Shown one piece after another: positions 1-8,759 of a DNA stretch of 24,993 bases (positions within the stretch are counted from its first letter, which is position 1; the number at the start of each line of letters is the position of its first letter). Position numbers and translations under genes: made by a program. Origin of the DNA: Octopus sinensis (taxonomy: Eukaryota). The notes below the pieces were generated by a model. It was not told where the DNA came from. It saw only the letters and a program-made list of their open reading frames with translations, and did not search any database. Where the stretch lies: NCBI RefSeq assembly GCF_006345805.1, contig NW_021836219.1, positions 1 to 24,993 on the forward strand. Direction: 5' to 3'.

Positions 1-200
1 ATATAATATATATATATTATATATATATATATATATATAATATATATATATTATATATATAATATATTACATATATATAGTATGTATGTTATATATATGT
101 ATGTATGTAATATATTTATGTATACATATACATACATACATACATTCATATATATCTATATACTATATATATAATATATATATCTATATCTCTATATATT
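1..200. repeat. (TA)n / (TACA)n low-complexity microsatellite
   Basis: Alternating AT with short TACA/TATG interruptions, read directly. Confidence 0.95.
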
Positions 201-700
201 TCACAGACACGATATTAAGTAAATACACGTCCGTCACGATTTCCCGAATAGACAGCTCGTGTGCAGAAATGAACTCATGTCATTTCCCGCCTTTTTCTTG
301 GCAACCTCTCACTGGTGTCTATAGGTATGGTCATGTACGTGTGCGCGTGCGTACATGCATATGTATATACATACATACATACATACATACATACATACAT
401 ACATGCCTGAATACCAATCTTGAGAAATTAGGCTTCTCAAAAACCACAAAGGGGGAAAGCTGATTTGAAGACTACAGATTCAAGCCATCATTGGAATTGT
501 ACAAATTTGTAAAACTTTCCAGACGTTTACCGTTCATGCGCATGTCTACACATGCAACTACATGCATGAGAATACGTACATAAGATGAAACCTTCATATC
601 TGCACATGTACTGGCTCCTAATACTGCACACATGCACACATACATGCAAAAGTAGCCTGTTGATGTTGAAATTTCCATGAAAGAATGCATATATATATAT

Positions 701-773
701 TCTTTTACTCTTTTACATGTTTCAGTCATTTTGACTGTGGCCATGCTGGAGTACCGCCTTTTAGTCGAGCAAA
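701..773 (-). mobile_element. SINE family A, 3' tail fragment
   Basis: tcttttactcttttacatgtttcagtcattttgactgtggccatgctggagtaccgccttttagtcgagc matches the 3' ends of the full copies at 24257-24670 and 20933-21350. Confidence 0.85.
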
Positions 774-782
774 TATATATAT

Positions 783-965
783 ATATATATGTATCAAATG
801 AAATAAAATGAAAAACAGGACACAAAGGATGTCGCTGTACACATGTTTCGAGCTTTATAAAAAACTTATTCTTACGTAAGAATAAGTTTTTTATAAAGCT
901 CGAAACAGTGTACAGCGACATCCTTTGTGTCCTGTTTTTCATTTTATTTCATTTGCTACATATAT
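783..965. repeat. Near-perfect zero-spacer palindrome (about 80-bp arms) in TA flanks; possible MITE or inverted Penelope-like terminal repeat
   Basis: 795-875 is the reverse complement of 876-955 except for one 1-bp indel. The centre is cttac|gtaag. Pairing continues past one mismatch into tacatatat. Confidence 0.9.
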
Positions 966-1038
966 CCTCTCCCTCTGCTACTAGCTGGCATATACAGGTG
1001 GTTACATTTATCAGTATTCACCCTGAATTTATTGTACC

Positions 1039-1080
<42 letters not shown>

Positions 1081-1171
1081 TATATAATATTATATATACA
1101 TAATGTGTATGTGTTTGTGTGTGAGAGAGAGAGGGGGGAGGGAAAGGGAGAGAGAGAGACTTAAAACTTAA

Positions 1172-1317
1172 AGTTTCCATCCACCAAATTCTTGTCACAA
1201 GGCATTGGTCAACCTGCAGCTCTTGCAGAAGAGATTTATCCAAATTCCAGCGCAGCGAGCTCGAATTCGAAGCTACGTGGCTTCGAATTGAATCTCTTAA
1301 CTAGAGAACCATGCTTA
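1172..1317 (-). mobile_element. Old, diverged SINE family A 5' half (tRNA-like head)
   Basis: agtttccatccaccaaattcttgtcacaaggcattggtcaacctgcagctcttgcagaagagatttatccaa aligns to the family A minus-strand text agtttccgtctaccaaatccactcacaaggcattggtcggcccggggctatagcagaagacacttgcccaa. Confidence 0.65.
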
Positions 1318-1469
1318 CATATTCTCCTTCTCTCCCCGTTTGCATCCCACTGGAATCTCTCCTACTCTCATGTTACTGTTGTTGTTCTTGCTTAAACTTG
1401 TTCGAGCACGTCTTATAATGTAAGGCGGTCCACTCCTAACCACTCTGCCTTTATATATAAATTATACAT

Positions 1470-1585
1470 AATTTATCTCCGGCTTACAACACACAATATC
1501 TGACATGTTCTCTCTTATTTTTTTACAGACGGTGGTGTGTGAATTAAGAGACATCTAGCTGCTATTTCTAGCTGGTCGACAGACT
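1470..1585 (-). mobile_element. Unclassified interspersed repeat family E fragment
   Basis: gtgtgaattaagagacatctagctgctatttctagc is the reverse complement of the ctagaaatagcagycaaatct motif also seen near 10178, 10277, 11152, 12421 and 21975. Confidence 0.6.
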
Positions 1586-1697
1586 GTCTGAAAACTTATA
1601 AATTTGTCTTTTCTCAACGTTTTCGCTGAGCAGACACATACATCCATCACCAATAAACTTCATAAACTTCCCCCACTTTGGACATAGCTGTTCGCCT

Positions 1698-1775
1698 AAT
1701 AATAATAATAATAATAATAAAATAATAATAATTATAATAATAATAATAATAGTAATAATAATAATAATAATAATA

Positions 1776-1808
<33 letters not shown>

Positions 1809-2157
1809 TTGATAATATAATAATAAGAATAATAATATCATGATGATGATGATGATGATGATAATGATGTGATGATGATGATATAATAATATAATAATAA
1901 TAATAATAATAATATAAGAAGAAGAGAGAAGAAGAAGAAGAAGAAGAAGAAGACGAAGAAGACGAAGACGAAGAAGAAGAAGAAGAAGAAGAAGAAGAAA
2001 AGAAGAAGAAGAAGAAAAGGAAGAAGAAGAAGAAGAAGAAGAAGAAAAGGAAGAAGAAGAAGAAGAAGAAGAAGAAGAAGAAGAAAGAAGAAGAAGAAGA
2101 AGAAGAAGAAGAAGACGACGACGAAGACGACGACGAAGACGAAGAAGAAGAAGAAGA
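1698..2157. repeat. Compound trinucleotide microsatellite (AAT)n-(GAT)n-(AAT)n-(GAA)n/(GAC)n
   Basis: Read directly. The purine-dominated GAA tract spans about 1917-2157. Confidence 0.97.
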
Positions 2158-2922
2158 TTAAAAAAAAACAGTAAAAACGCACTGGGAAAATACAAGAAAG
2201 AGTCGTCTGTCCTCGTGCATTCCTTTCTAATTCCCCGCTCGTTGCTGTGTCTTGAATATATTCGATCGTTGTTTTCCGTATTTGAACAATCTTCGACGCC
2301 TGCATTACAGCTCAGCCCCCGCCATTGCCGCCACTACTTCCACTGCCTCCACTGCCTCTGCCACCATGTTTCTGACTTCATTTGCATCAGTCAATATTGC
2401 TGTATGGTGGATACCTTCCCTTGCTTAACACTTCTCTCTCTTTTCTCTCCCCTCGATTCCCAAAGGTTCACTTACAGTCATCACGTTATCATTTCGACTC
2501 CTCTAAACTCGCTCCAGCCGATACATAATATCCTTTCTTCTTTTGATATTAAAATCGTATTTTAATACCGTCTTTCATAATGTAATTCTTTCCGCAAAAA
2601 TGTAATTAATAGAAAAAAAATTTTTTGCGATACTTTTATAGAATTAAAATATGCTAAGAGATCTTTCTTTCTCGATGGTTCCATTTATATCTTTTGCGAA
2701 ACTAATTCTTCCAGTTATTCACGTATTTCTTTATTTTTTATCGACATCACATCAGTTCAAAGTCAATATTTTATTTAAAAATATAAAAGATAGTTTTATT
2801 ATTTAGTTATTTATCTGTTGTAAATAATTCAATCTTTTTTTTTTTTATCTTCCCTCGCGTCAAGCAATTTTGGGATTATTCATATAAAGAATATAATTTT
2901 CGCTTTCCTTTTTCTTTTTCAG

Positions 2923-3062
2923 TTTCAGATCTCAAATTCCCACAGGACAAGTGGATACAAAAATGTGCAGACGATAATAATTACGAGACAAAATGGCGGA
3001 AATGTACTCTCACTTTGAAATATAACCTTTCGATAATACATCTAATAATGAGCGAATTCAAA
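2923..3062 (+). CDS. Candidate coding exon (xSDLKFPQDKWIQKCADDNNYETKWRKCTLTLKYNLSIIHLIMSEFK); resembles the first beta strands of a PH domain
   Basis: Strong pyrimidine tract ctttcctttttctttttcAG (AG 2921-2922, alternative AG 2927-2928) and an open frame to 3065. The donor aaa|gtgtaa is weak, so this could be a terminal exon ending at TAA 3066-3068 with AATAAA at 3101. The domain resemblance is by eye only. Confidence 0.3.
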
Positions 3063-3344
3063 GTGTAACAGTGCAATCCCACTGTAAACCGTTTATCCCA
3101 AATAAAGTTATAGTTGCAAAAAGTCTTTTAATTTTTGAAGCCTTCTTTCACTGGATATCTAAGTTCCTTTCAACGGTTAGTGACCGTGTTAAATATCCCT
3201 GATCTTCTCATCATTGAAATGTGTCACGGGATTTACTGAGCATGTAAATCGCGGGCAGCACGCAACTCTAGTATACAAGTTTCCCTGCTTTATATATATT
3301 ACATTTACACTAAAGATTTTATTCGATCGATCGTGAGCTTTTAC

Positions 3345-3470
3345 CTTTTACTTTTTATTTGCTTTAGTCACTGGACTGTGGTCTGGCTGGAGCAACGCCT
3401 TGAAGAGTTTATTCGCACAAATCGACCCCGGCAGTAATTTTATATCCGGTACTTATTCTACCAATTTGTT
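3345..3470 (-). mobile_element. Diverged SINE A-like 3' module fragment
   Basis: actgtggtctggctggagcaacgccttgaagagtttattcgcacaaatcgacccc...ggtacttattct parallels the family A 3' end. Confidence 0.6.
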
Positions 3471-3739
3471 TATCTAACCCAGTGATTCTCAATCGGGGTC
3501 CATATGGCCCTTAGGGGTCCACATAAGATTTTGTTATTGAAAGTTTTGTGCAATAAACTGGTTATAAGACTACGAAGGGTTTAGTCGCACAAATCGACCC
3601 CGGCAGTTATTTTAAATCCGGTACTTATTCTGCTAATTTGTTTATCTAACCCAGTGGTTCTCAATCGGGGTCCATATGGCCCTTAGGGGGTCCACATAAG
3701 ATTTTGTTATTGAAAGTTGTGTGCAATAAACTGGTTATA
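3402..3739 (+). repeat. Direct tandem duplication, period 172 bp
   Basis: 3402-3566 and 3574-3739 are highly similar. Each unit contains SINE tail, atctaacc and the first about 87 bp of the hAT MITE. Confidence 0.9.
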
Positions 3740-3910
3740 TTTCTACATTACGCAAAATATTTAAACATTTTTCTATACAGTTTCTGATAATGTTTAACCA
3801 TAAGAATTTGATCTGAGTTTATGGACATCGAATGGCTATGAGCCCCTCTACACCCAAAATGAAATAGGAATCAAAGAAATCCATTGGTAAAATATGGCTG
3901 AGAACCACTT
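3652..3910. mobile_element. hAT (Charlie-like) non-autonomous MITE
   Basis: Left terminus cagtggttctcaa (3652-3664), right terminus tgagaaccact(t) (3899-3910). 8-bp flanks atctaacc (3644-3651) and atctaact (3911-3918) form a 7/8 TSD resembling the Charlie NTCTARAN target. Confidence 0.8.
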
Positions 3911-4007
3911 ATCTAACTTCTAAGTTACGGATGCGTAAACAACCCCAAATCAGATGCGAAGAGATGGTGGGGGAATAAACACAAGCACACACACCACAGA
4001 GATGTCA

Positions 4008-4043
4008 CTAAGCATTTTGTTCGACGCGTTAACAATTCTGCCA
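4008..4043 (-). mobile_element. SINE family D 5' head fragment
   Basis: ctaagcattttgttcgacgcgttaacaattctgcca is the reverse complement of the D head tggcagaatcgttagcacgccgggcgaaatgcttag. Confidence 0.7.
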
Positions 4044-4064
4044 ATATTAATAGTGGTTGAAAAT

Positions 4065-4273
4065 GGCGTGCTGACAGAATCGTTAGCACGCCGAGCAAAA
4101 TGCTTAGCGGCATTTCGTCCGTCTTCACGTTCTGGGTTCGAATTCCACCGAGGTCGACTTCGCCTTTCATCCTTTCGGGGTCGATCAATTAGGTACCAGT
4201 GAAACACTGGGGTCGATATAATCGACTAGTCCTCACCCCACAAATCTGAGACTTTGTGCATCCAGTAGAAAGG
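4065..4273 (+). mobile_element. SINE family D (tRNA-like head plus conserved central domain), tail agtagaaagg running into (ATT)n
   Basis: A-box-like tgacagaatcgttagc and B-box-like gggttcgaattcc. The central gaggtcgacttcgcctttcatcctttcggggtcgat...agtaccag is shared with copies at 4775, 15089, 18432 and 23695. It resembles the MetaSINE central domain (from memory, unverified). Confidence 0.85.
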
Positions 4274-4307
4274 ATTATTATTATCATTATTATTATTATT
4301 ATTGTTG

Positions 4308-4386
<79 letters not shown>

Positions 4387-4398
4387 CATCATTATTAT

Positions 4399-4463
<65 letters not shown>

Positions 4464-4495
4464 TATTATTATCATTATTATTATTATTATTATTA

Positions 4496-4529
<34 letters not shown>
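4274..4529. repeat. (ATT)n-(ATC)n-(ATT)n microsatellite
   Basis: Read directly. Confidence 0.97.
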
Positions 4530-4530
<1 letters not shown>

Positions 4531-4700
4531 ACGTCGCCGGACGAAACACTTAACAGCCGGAACACTTAACAGCGTTTCGCCCGTCAATATGTTCTGAGTT
4601 CAAATTCCATCGAGTTCTATTTTGCCTTTTATCCTTTCTTGGTCGATAAAATAAGTTTCAGTGGAACACTGGGGTCGATGTATTCGACTTACCCCGAAAG
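4531..4700 (+). mobile_element. SINE family D copy with internal 12-bp duplication in the head
   Basis: aacacttaacag occurs twice, followed by gttctgagttcaaattcc...gtcgataaaataag...ctggggtcgatgtattcgactta. Confidence 0.75.
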
Positions 4701-4774
4701 TGTTGAAAGAAACGCCACCAATAATTTTATTCGACGCGTAAGCAATTCAGCCAATACTAATAGAGGTTGAAGTA

Positions 4775-4990
4775 GGCGAACTGGCAGAATCGTTTGCACG
4801 CCGGCGAAATGCTTAGCGGCATTTCGTCCGTCTTCACGTTCTGAGTTCAAATTCCAGTGAGGACGAATTCGCCTTTTATCCTCTCGAGGTCGGTAAAACA
4901 GGTACCAGTTGAGTACTGGAGTCTATTACATCGACTCACCCCTTCCCCGAAATTGCTGGCTTTATTGCCAAAATTCGGAAACTGTATTAC
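4775..4990 (+). mobile_element. SINE family D copy, preceded by an inverted D head at 4726-4753
   Basis: ggcgaactggcagaatcgtttgcacgccggcgaaatgcttagcggcatttcgtccgtcttcacgttctgagttcaaattcc... Confidence 0.85.
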
Positions 4991-5364
4991 AAAGTGGTTG
5001 ATGGTCACTTAAAATGTTAAATGGTTTCACATAGAGATAAGCCATAATTGTTTTTACTTGTCTCTACCACAGCAAAGCTTTCCTCATCAATTTGACGACG
5101 CCGTTGTTCGATTTTTGCTGCGTAGCACATAACACAACATTCGCTCCTCCACTATGCGGTTTACAATATGACACCCAATCAAACAGGGCTGACATCAACG
5201 TAAACAAAAGCCTTCTGTTCGTGTCAAAGCGTAGTGGTATCATATGTGATGTTATGAATTGTTTAAATTCCTGGAATTTGTTCTGTTCTTTATTATCCCC
5301 ACTGAAATTTCTCTCACTCACGCTCTCCCTTTCTCTCACTCCTGCTCTACATCTCTCTCTCTCT

Positions 5365-5396
<32 letters not shown>

Positions 5397-5410
5397 TCTC
5401 TCCCCTATAG

Positions 5411-5528
5411 CATATTTGTCTTAATGGCTGAATGTGTAAAACGACAAAAGAAGTTGAGTAATCACCCAGAACTTGAAGATTCAGTTGGTGCCGAGGATGG
5501 AAAGGACAAGCGCAGAGGGACGATTAAA
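5411..5528 (+). CDS. Candidate internal coding exon, phase 2 to 0: (S)IFVLMAECVKRQKKLSNHPELEDSVGAEDGKDKRRGTIK
   Basis: Acceptor (CT)n...cccctatAG (5409-5410) with no other AG in 5235-5408. Perfect donor aaa|GTGAGT at 5529. The 118-nt exon is open in one frame. IFxxxxxxVxRQK recalls the C-terminal helix of IRS/DOK-type PTB domains (by eye). Confidence 0.55.
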
Positions 5529-5597
5529 GTGAGTCACGTGATTACACTTATTCTCTGTCGGTTTTAATTCGCCCGTTTGAAACACTAAGACCAAAAT

Positions 5598-5986
5598 GGA
5601 TGGAAGCACTCCGTCGGTTACGACGATGAGGGTTCCGGTTGATCCGAATCAACGGAATAGCCTGCTCGTGAAATTAACGTGTAAGTGGCTGAGCACTCCA
5701 CAGACACGTGTACCCTTAACGTAAGTTCTCGGGGATATTCAGCGTGACACAGAGAGTGACAAGGCCGGCCCTTTGAAATACAGGTACAACAGAAACAGGA
5801 AGTAAGAGTGAGAGAAAGTTGCGGTGAAAGAGTACAGCAGGCATCACCACCATCCCCTGCCGGAGCCTCGTGGAGCTTTAGGTGTTTTCGCGCAATAAAC
5901 ACTCACAATGCCCAGTCTGGGAGTCGAAACCGCGATCCTATGACCGCGAGTCCACTGCCCTAACCACTGGGCCATTGCGCCTCCAC
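5598..5986 (-). mobile_element. SINE family B, full length (about 390 bp), tRNA-derived; possibly one of the described octopus OK/OR SINE families (unverified)
   Basis: Minus-strand head gtggaggcgcaatggcccagtggttagggcagtggactcgcggtcataggatcgcggtttcgactccc has A and B boxes. TSD taa(g/a)accaaaat at 5586-5597 and 5987-5998. Highly similar to 22152-22545. Confidence 0.9.
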
Positions 5987-6206
5987 TAAAACCAAAATAT
6001 ACTATGTTTCACACCAGAAATATATTTCTTGTAATAATTTAGTACGAGGCTATAGCTACGCAGTATTGTTAAACACTGGTTCAATACCATGCCGTGGTCT
6101 TTTGGAGGCTACCACAGACCGCACTATCATTTTCAATGTTACTTATATACCAAATTTTTACTGACTGCTAATGATTTCCTGAGGAGATGCCAAAAATCAA
6201 ATGCAT

Positions 6207-6688
6207 CTTTTCTTTTCTTTTTTTCTTTTCTTTATTGTTTTATTTGTTTCAATCATTTGACTGCGGCCATGCTGGAGCACCGCCTTTAGTCGAGTAAATC
6301 GACCCCAGGACTTATTCTTTGTAAACCTAGTACTTACTTATTCTATCGGTCTCTCTTGCCGAACCGCTAAGTGACAGGGACGTAAACGCACCAGCATCGT
6401 TTGTCATGCGATGTTGGGGAGACAAACACAGACACATAAGCAAATACATACACACACTCACACACACACACATACACACACACACACACCACACACACAC
6501 ACACACACATACACACACTCACATACACACACACATACACACACTCACATACACACACACATACATATATACGACGGTATTCTTTCAGTTTCCGCCAACC
6601 AAATCCACTCACAAGGCTTTGGTCGACCCTAGGCTATAGTAGAAGACACTTGCCCAAGGTACCACGCAGCGAGACTGAACCCGGAACC
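6207..6688 (-). mobile_element. SINE family A lacking its own 5' end (starts just before the B box), with internal (CA)n expansion at about 6424-6570
   Basis: Co-linear with 24257-24670 up to ccggaacc (6688), then switches to D-head sequence. Confidence 0.9.
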
Positions 6689-6735
6689 GCTAAGCACTTC
6701 GTCCGCTGCGCTAACAATTCTGCAAGCTCACTGCC
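6689..6735 (-). mobile_element. SINE family D 5' head fused to SINE A
   Basis: The reverse complement reads ggcagtgagcttgcagaattgttagcgcagcggacgaagtgcttagc, the D head up to the hairpin loop. Confidence 0.75.
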
Positions 6736-7173
6736 TGTGTGATATCCAATATTAATAAAGTTTTGATTTCGTTCACATTCATCTCACAGTTTGTATTACC
6801 TGCTTCTTAAGATTGAAGTTTTTCAACATACTAATTATCTCTTTTACTTTTTATTCATTTTAGTAATTGAATAGTTTTTTTTTCCTGACGAAAGAGTATC
6901 GATGTCGTTTATTTTAGCCAAATTAAATGAAGAAGCTGTTTTACGACCCCATTAATAAACTCAGGTTTCGTGTCAAATATTCCGTGAATTTGATATAATG
7001 AACCAATTTCGAGTGTGGTCTGAATGACCCCAAGTAAAGTTAAAGTGCAAGTGAACCCTAGGTAAATATCTTGGTTTTGTAGGGTCGACTGCTTTCAGGT
7101 CGACTACCTGCTGTTTTTTTTTTATTAAATGTTGCTGTATCAGTTAAATTACATTTACTCTTGGATCATTAAT

Positions 7174-7523
7174 CTGAGAACCCCTTCGGTCACGACACAG
7201 ACCATGGGATTGCACCTAAAAAGTTACCCTCCTAGGTACAAGTGCGGGCAAGGTTGTTTATGGAAGACCAGCAGTCGCCCATGCATACCGGCCTCCCCTC
7301 TCCACGTCACCAGTGTTATCCAAGGGAAAGGGAAAGGCAAAGGGGCCGATACAGCTTGGCACCAGTGATGTTGCAACTCATTTCTACAGCTGAGTGAACT
7401 GGAGCAACGTGAAATAAAGTGTCTTGCTCAAGAACCCAACACGCAGCCCGGCCCGGGATTCGAGCTCACAACCTCACGATCGTAAGCTCGACGCTCTAAC
7501 CACTGAGCCATGCGCCTTCACAA
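7174..7523 (-). mobile_element. SINE family C: tRNA head, CORE-like domain and distinct 3' tail
   Basis: Minus strand tgaaggcgcatggctcagtggttagagcgtcg...gagctcgaatcccggg (A/B boxes), then ttcttgagcaagacactttatttcac (CORE-like). Flanks gatcattaat (7164-7173) and gatcaataat (7524-7533) are a probable TSD. Confidence 0.85.
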
Positions 7524-7633
7524 GATCAATAATAATGATGTGAATATTCTATAAACTTTTATTCAATTGTTCACCGCCCTTAATTTGAAATATAAATTTT
7601 CATCGTCACTGATTCACAGAGTTTTTCCGTATA

Positions 7634-7849
7634 CGAAGGGAGGCTGAAACGTTCCCGGTTTTAAGGGTGTCGCGAAAGGCCTGGTTGGAGGCCCAGACTT
7701 CCGAGTTCTTTTAGAAAGCCCGGAAAAACTGAAGGACCATTGCAGTAAGCGTATTAATCTGAGAAGGGAATATGTTGAATAAAATCATATCTAACTGACC
7801 CACCTGTATTTTCTTTTACCGAAAGCCAGAAACTTTTCAGCACCACCTG
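7634..7849 (+). mobile_element. Internally deleted mariner element retaining the transposase C-terminus (DHCSKRINLRREYVE*, 7735-7782)
   Basis: TA at 7632-7633 and 7850-7851. Imperfect TIRs (gctgaaacgttcccggttt / aaagccagaaacttttcagc). The peptide ends like mariner transposases (G-[DE]-Y-V-E). Confidence 0.75.
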
Positions 7850-8234
7850 TATTTTATGGCAATTGCTCTTCAAGATGATTCCGATAATAGCGTTTCTGAA
7901 ATTGCGTTAAATTGCAGTTTCCTTGCGCTCGAGATATGACCGATATTTCTATATTTATATTTTGCATGAATATCAGATTTTCCACTTTGCTTGTCAGGCA
8001 GGATCGAAAATAATATGCGATTTAAAACCACATATCGGGACAATTTTTATATTAATTAACTGGAGACTGCCTTATCAAATGGATATATCATCCTATAATT
8101 GATAAACCACTCCAAGTACTAGATCTGGTGTGGTTTTTTTCTATGCTTCTTTCTTGTTGTTTAACCACATTGTGTCTGCATCATTTGAAACAACATTTCA
8201 AATGTGACGTTGGGTGACTACTACAGTTTTAACA

Positions 8235-8485
8235 CTGGGTTGTCTGGAAAGTTCGTGCCGATTTTTAAAGGTAAGAAAAAGGTCAATAAATACTTGCCAT
8301 TACATTTTTAATCAACAAATATGAACCACTTTGTTGCACAATGCATCCCCATCTTTCTTTTAACTTGAAAATACCCTCTTCCCAGAACTGAGGTGGTTTC
8401 ATGGCAAAGAATTCATCAACCATGTTCTAAAATAAGTCGAAAGGTAAGTTACTATAAATCGGCACGAACTTTCCGGACAATCCAA
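8235..8485 (-). mobile_element. Second, different mariner deletion derivative with transposase C-terminal relic (VDEFFAMKPPQFWEEGIFKLKERWGCIVQQSGSY, about 8420-8308)
   Basis: 30-bp TIRs match at 27/30 (8235-8264 vs 8456-8485), with TA on the right side. The peptide fits the mariner C-terminal consensus FFxxKxxxFxxxGIxxLxxRWxxxxxxxGxY. Confidence 0.9.
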
Positions 8486-8587
8486 TATATCCCTATTCTC
8501 TTCAAACTAAACCTGTGTTTATAACTGTTCCACTTTCCAAGAAAACGATTGGCAGGATCGTTAGAACACCAAAATGTCTTGCGATAA

Positions 8588-8745
8588 TTATTCCGATCGT
8601 TTATATTTCGAGTACAAATCTTACCAACGTCAACTTTACATTTCATCCGTTCTCGGTCGGTGAAATAGAATACTAGTAAAATACTAGTGATCGACCGTTC
8701 GCCTCTTCCAAGCTTTAGGCTTTGTGACTATGTGAAAAATCAATA
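8588..8745 (+). mobile_element. Old diverged SINE family D copy
   Basis: gagtacaaatcttaccaacgtcaactttacatttcatccgttctcggtcggtgaaatagaatactag aligns loosely to the D B-box and central domain. Confidence 0.5.
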
Positions 8746-8759
8746 ATGAATTACTTTAC

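Noticed and set aside
472-942. 156-aa minus-strand ORF
   Set aside because: It runs through the palindrome, a SINE A tail and TA repeats.
1505-1560. Apparent splice acceptor ctcttatttttttacAG at about 1528
   Set aside because: It lies inside a family E repeat fragment, and no donor or meaningful frame follows.
86-2305. Long ORFs 86..463, 1647..2195 and 1838..2305, and similar poly-I/L/S/Y/H ORFs throughout the track
   Set aside because: They are translations of microsatellites, with no splice or compositional evidence of coding.
2360-2440. GCCACCATG vertebrate-type Kozak start at 2366
   Set aside because: The ORF stops after about 20 codons, the context arises from a GCC/ACT low-complexity tract, and no phase-compatible link to the 2923 exon was found.
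5064-5236. Plus-strand exon candidate KAFLINLTTPLFDFCCVAHN...LFVSKRSG that would extend the PTB-like alignment
   Set aside because: No GT donor in phase 2 joins it to the 5411 exon; the available donors are phase 0 or 1. Left unannotated.
5900-5986. tRNA-like cloverleaf heads (also at 7440-7520, 20933-21005, 22470-22545, 24600-24670)
   Set aside because: These are SINE heads continuing into SINE bodies, not standalone tRNA genes.
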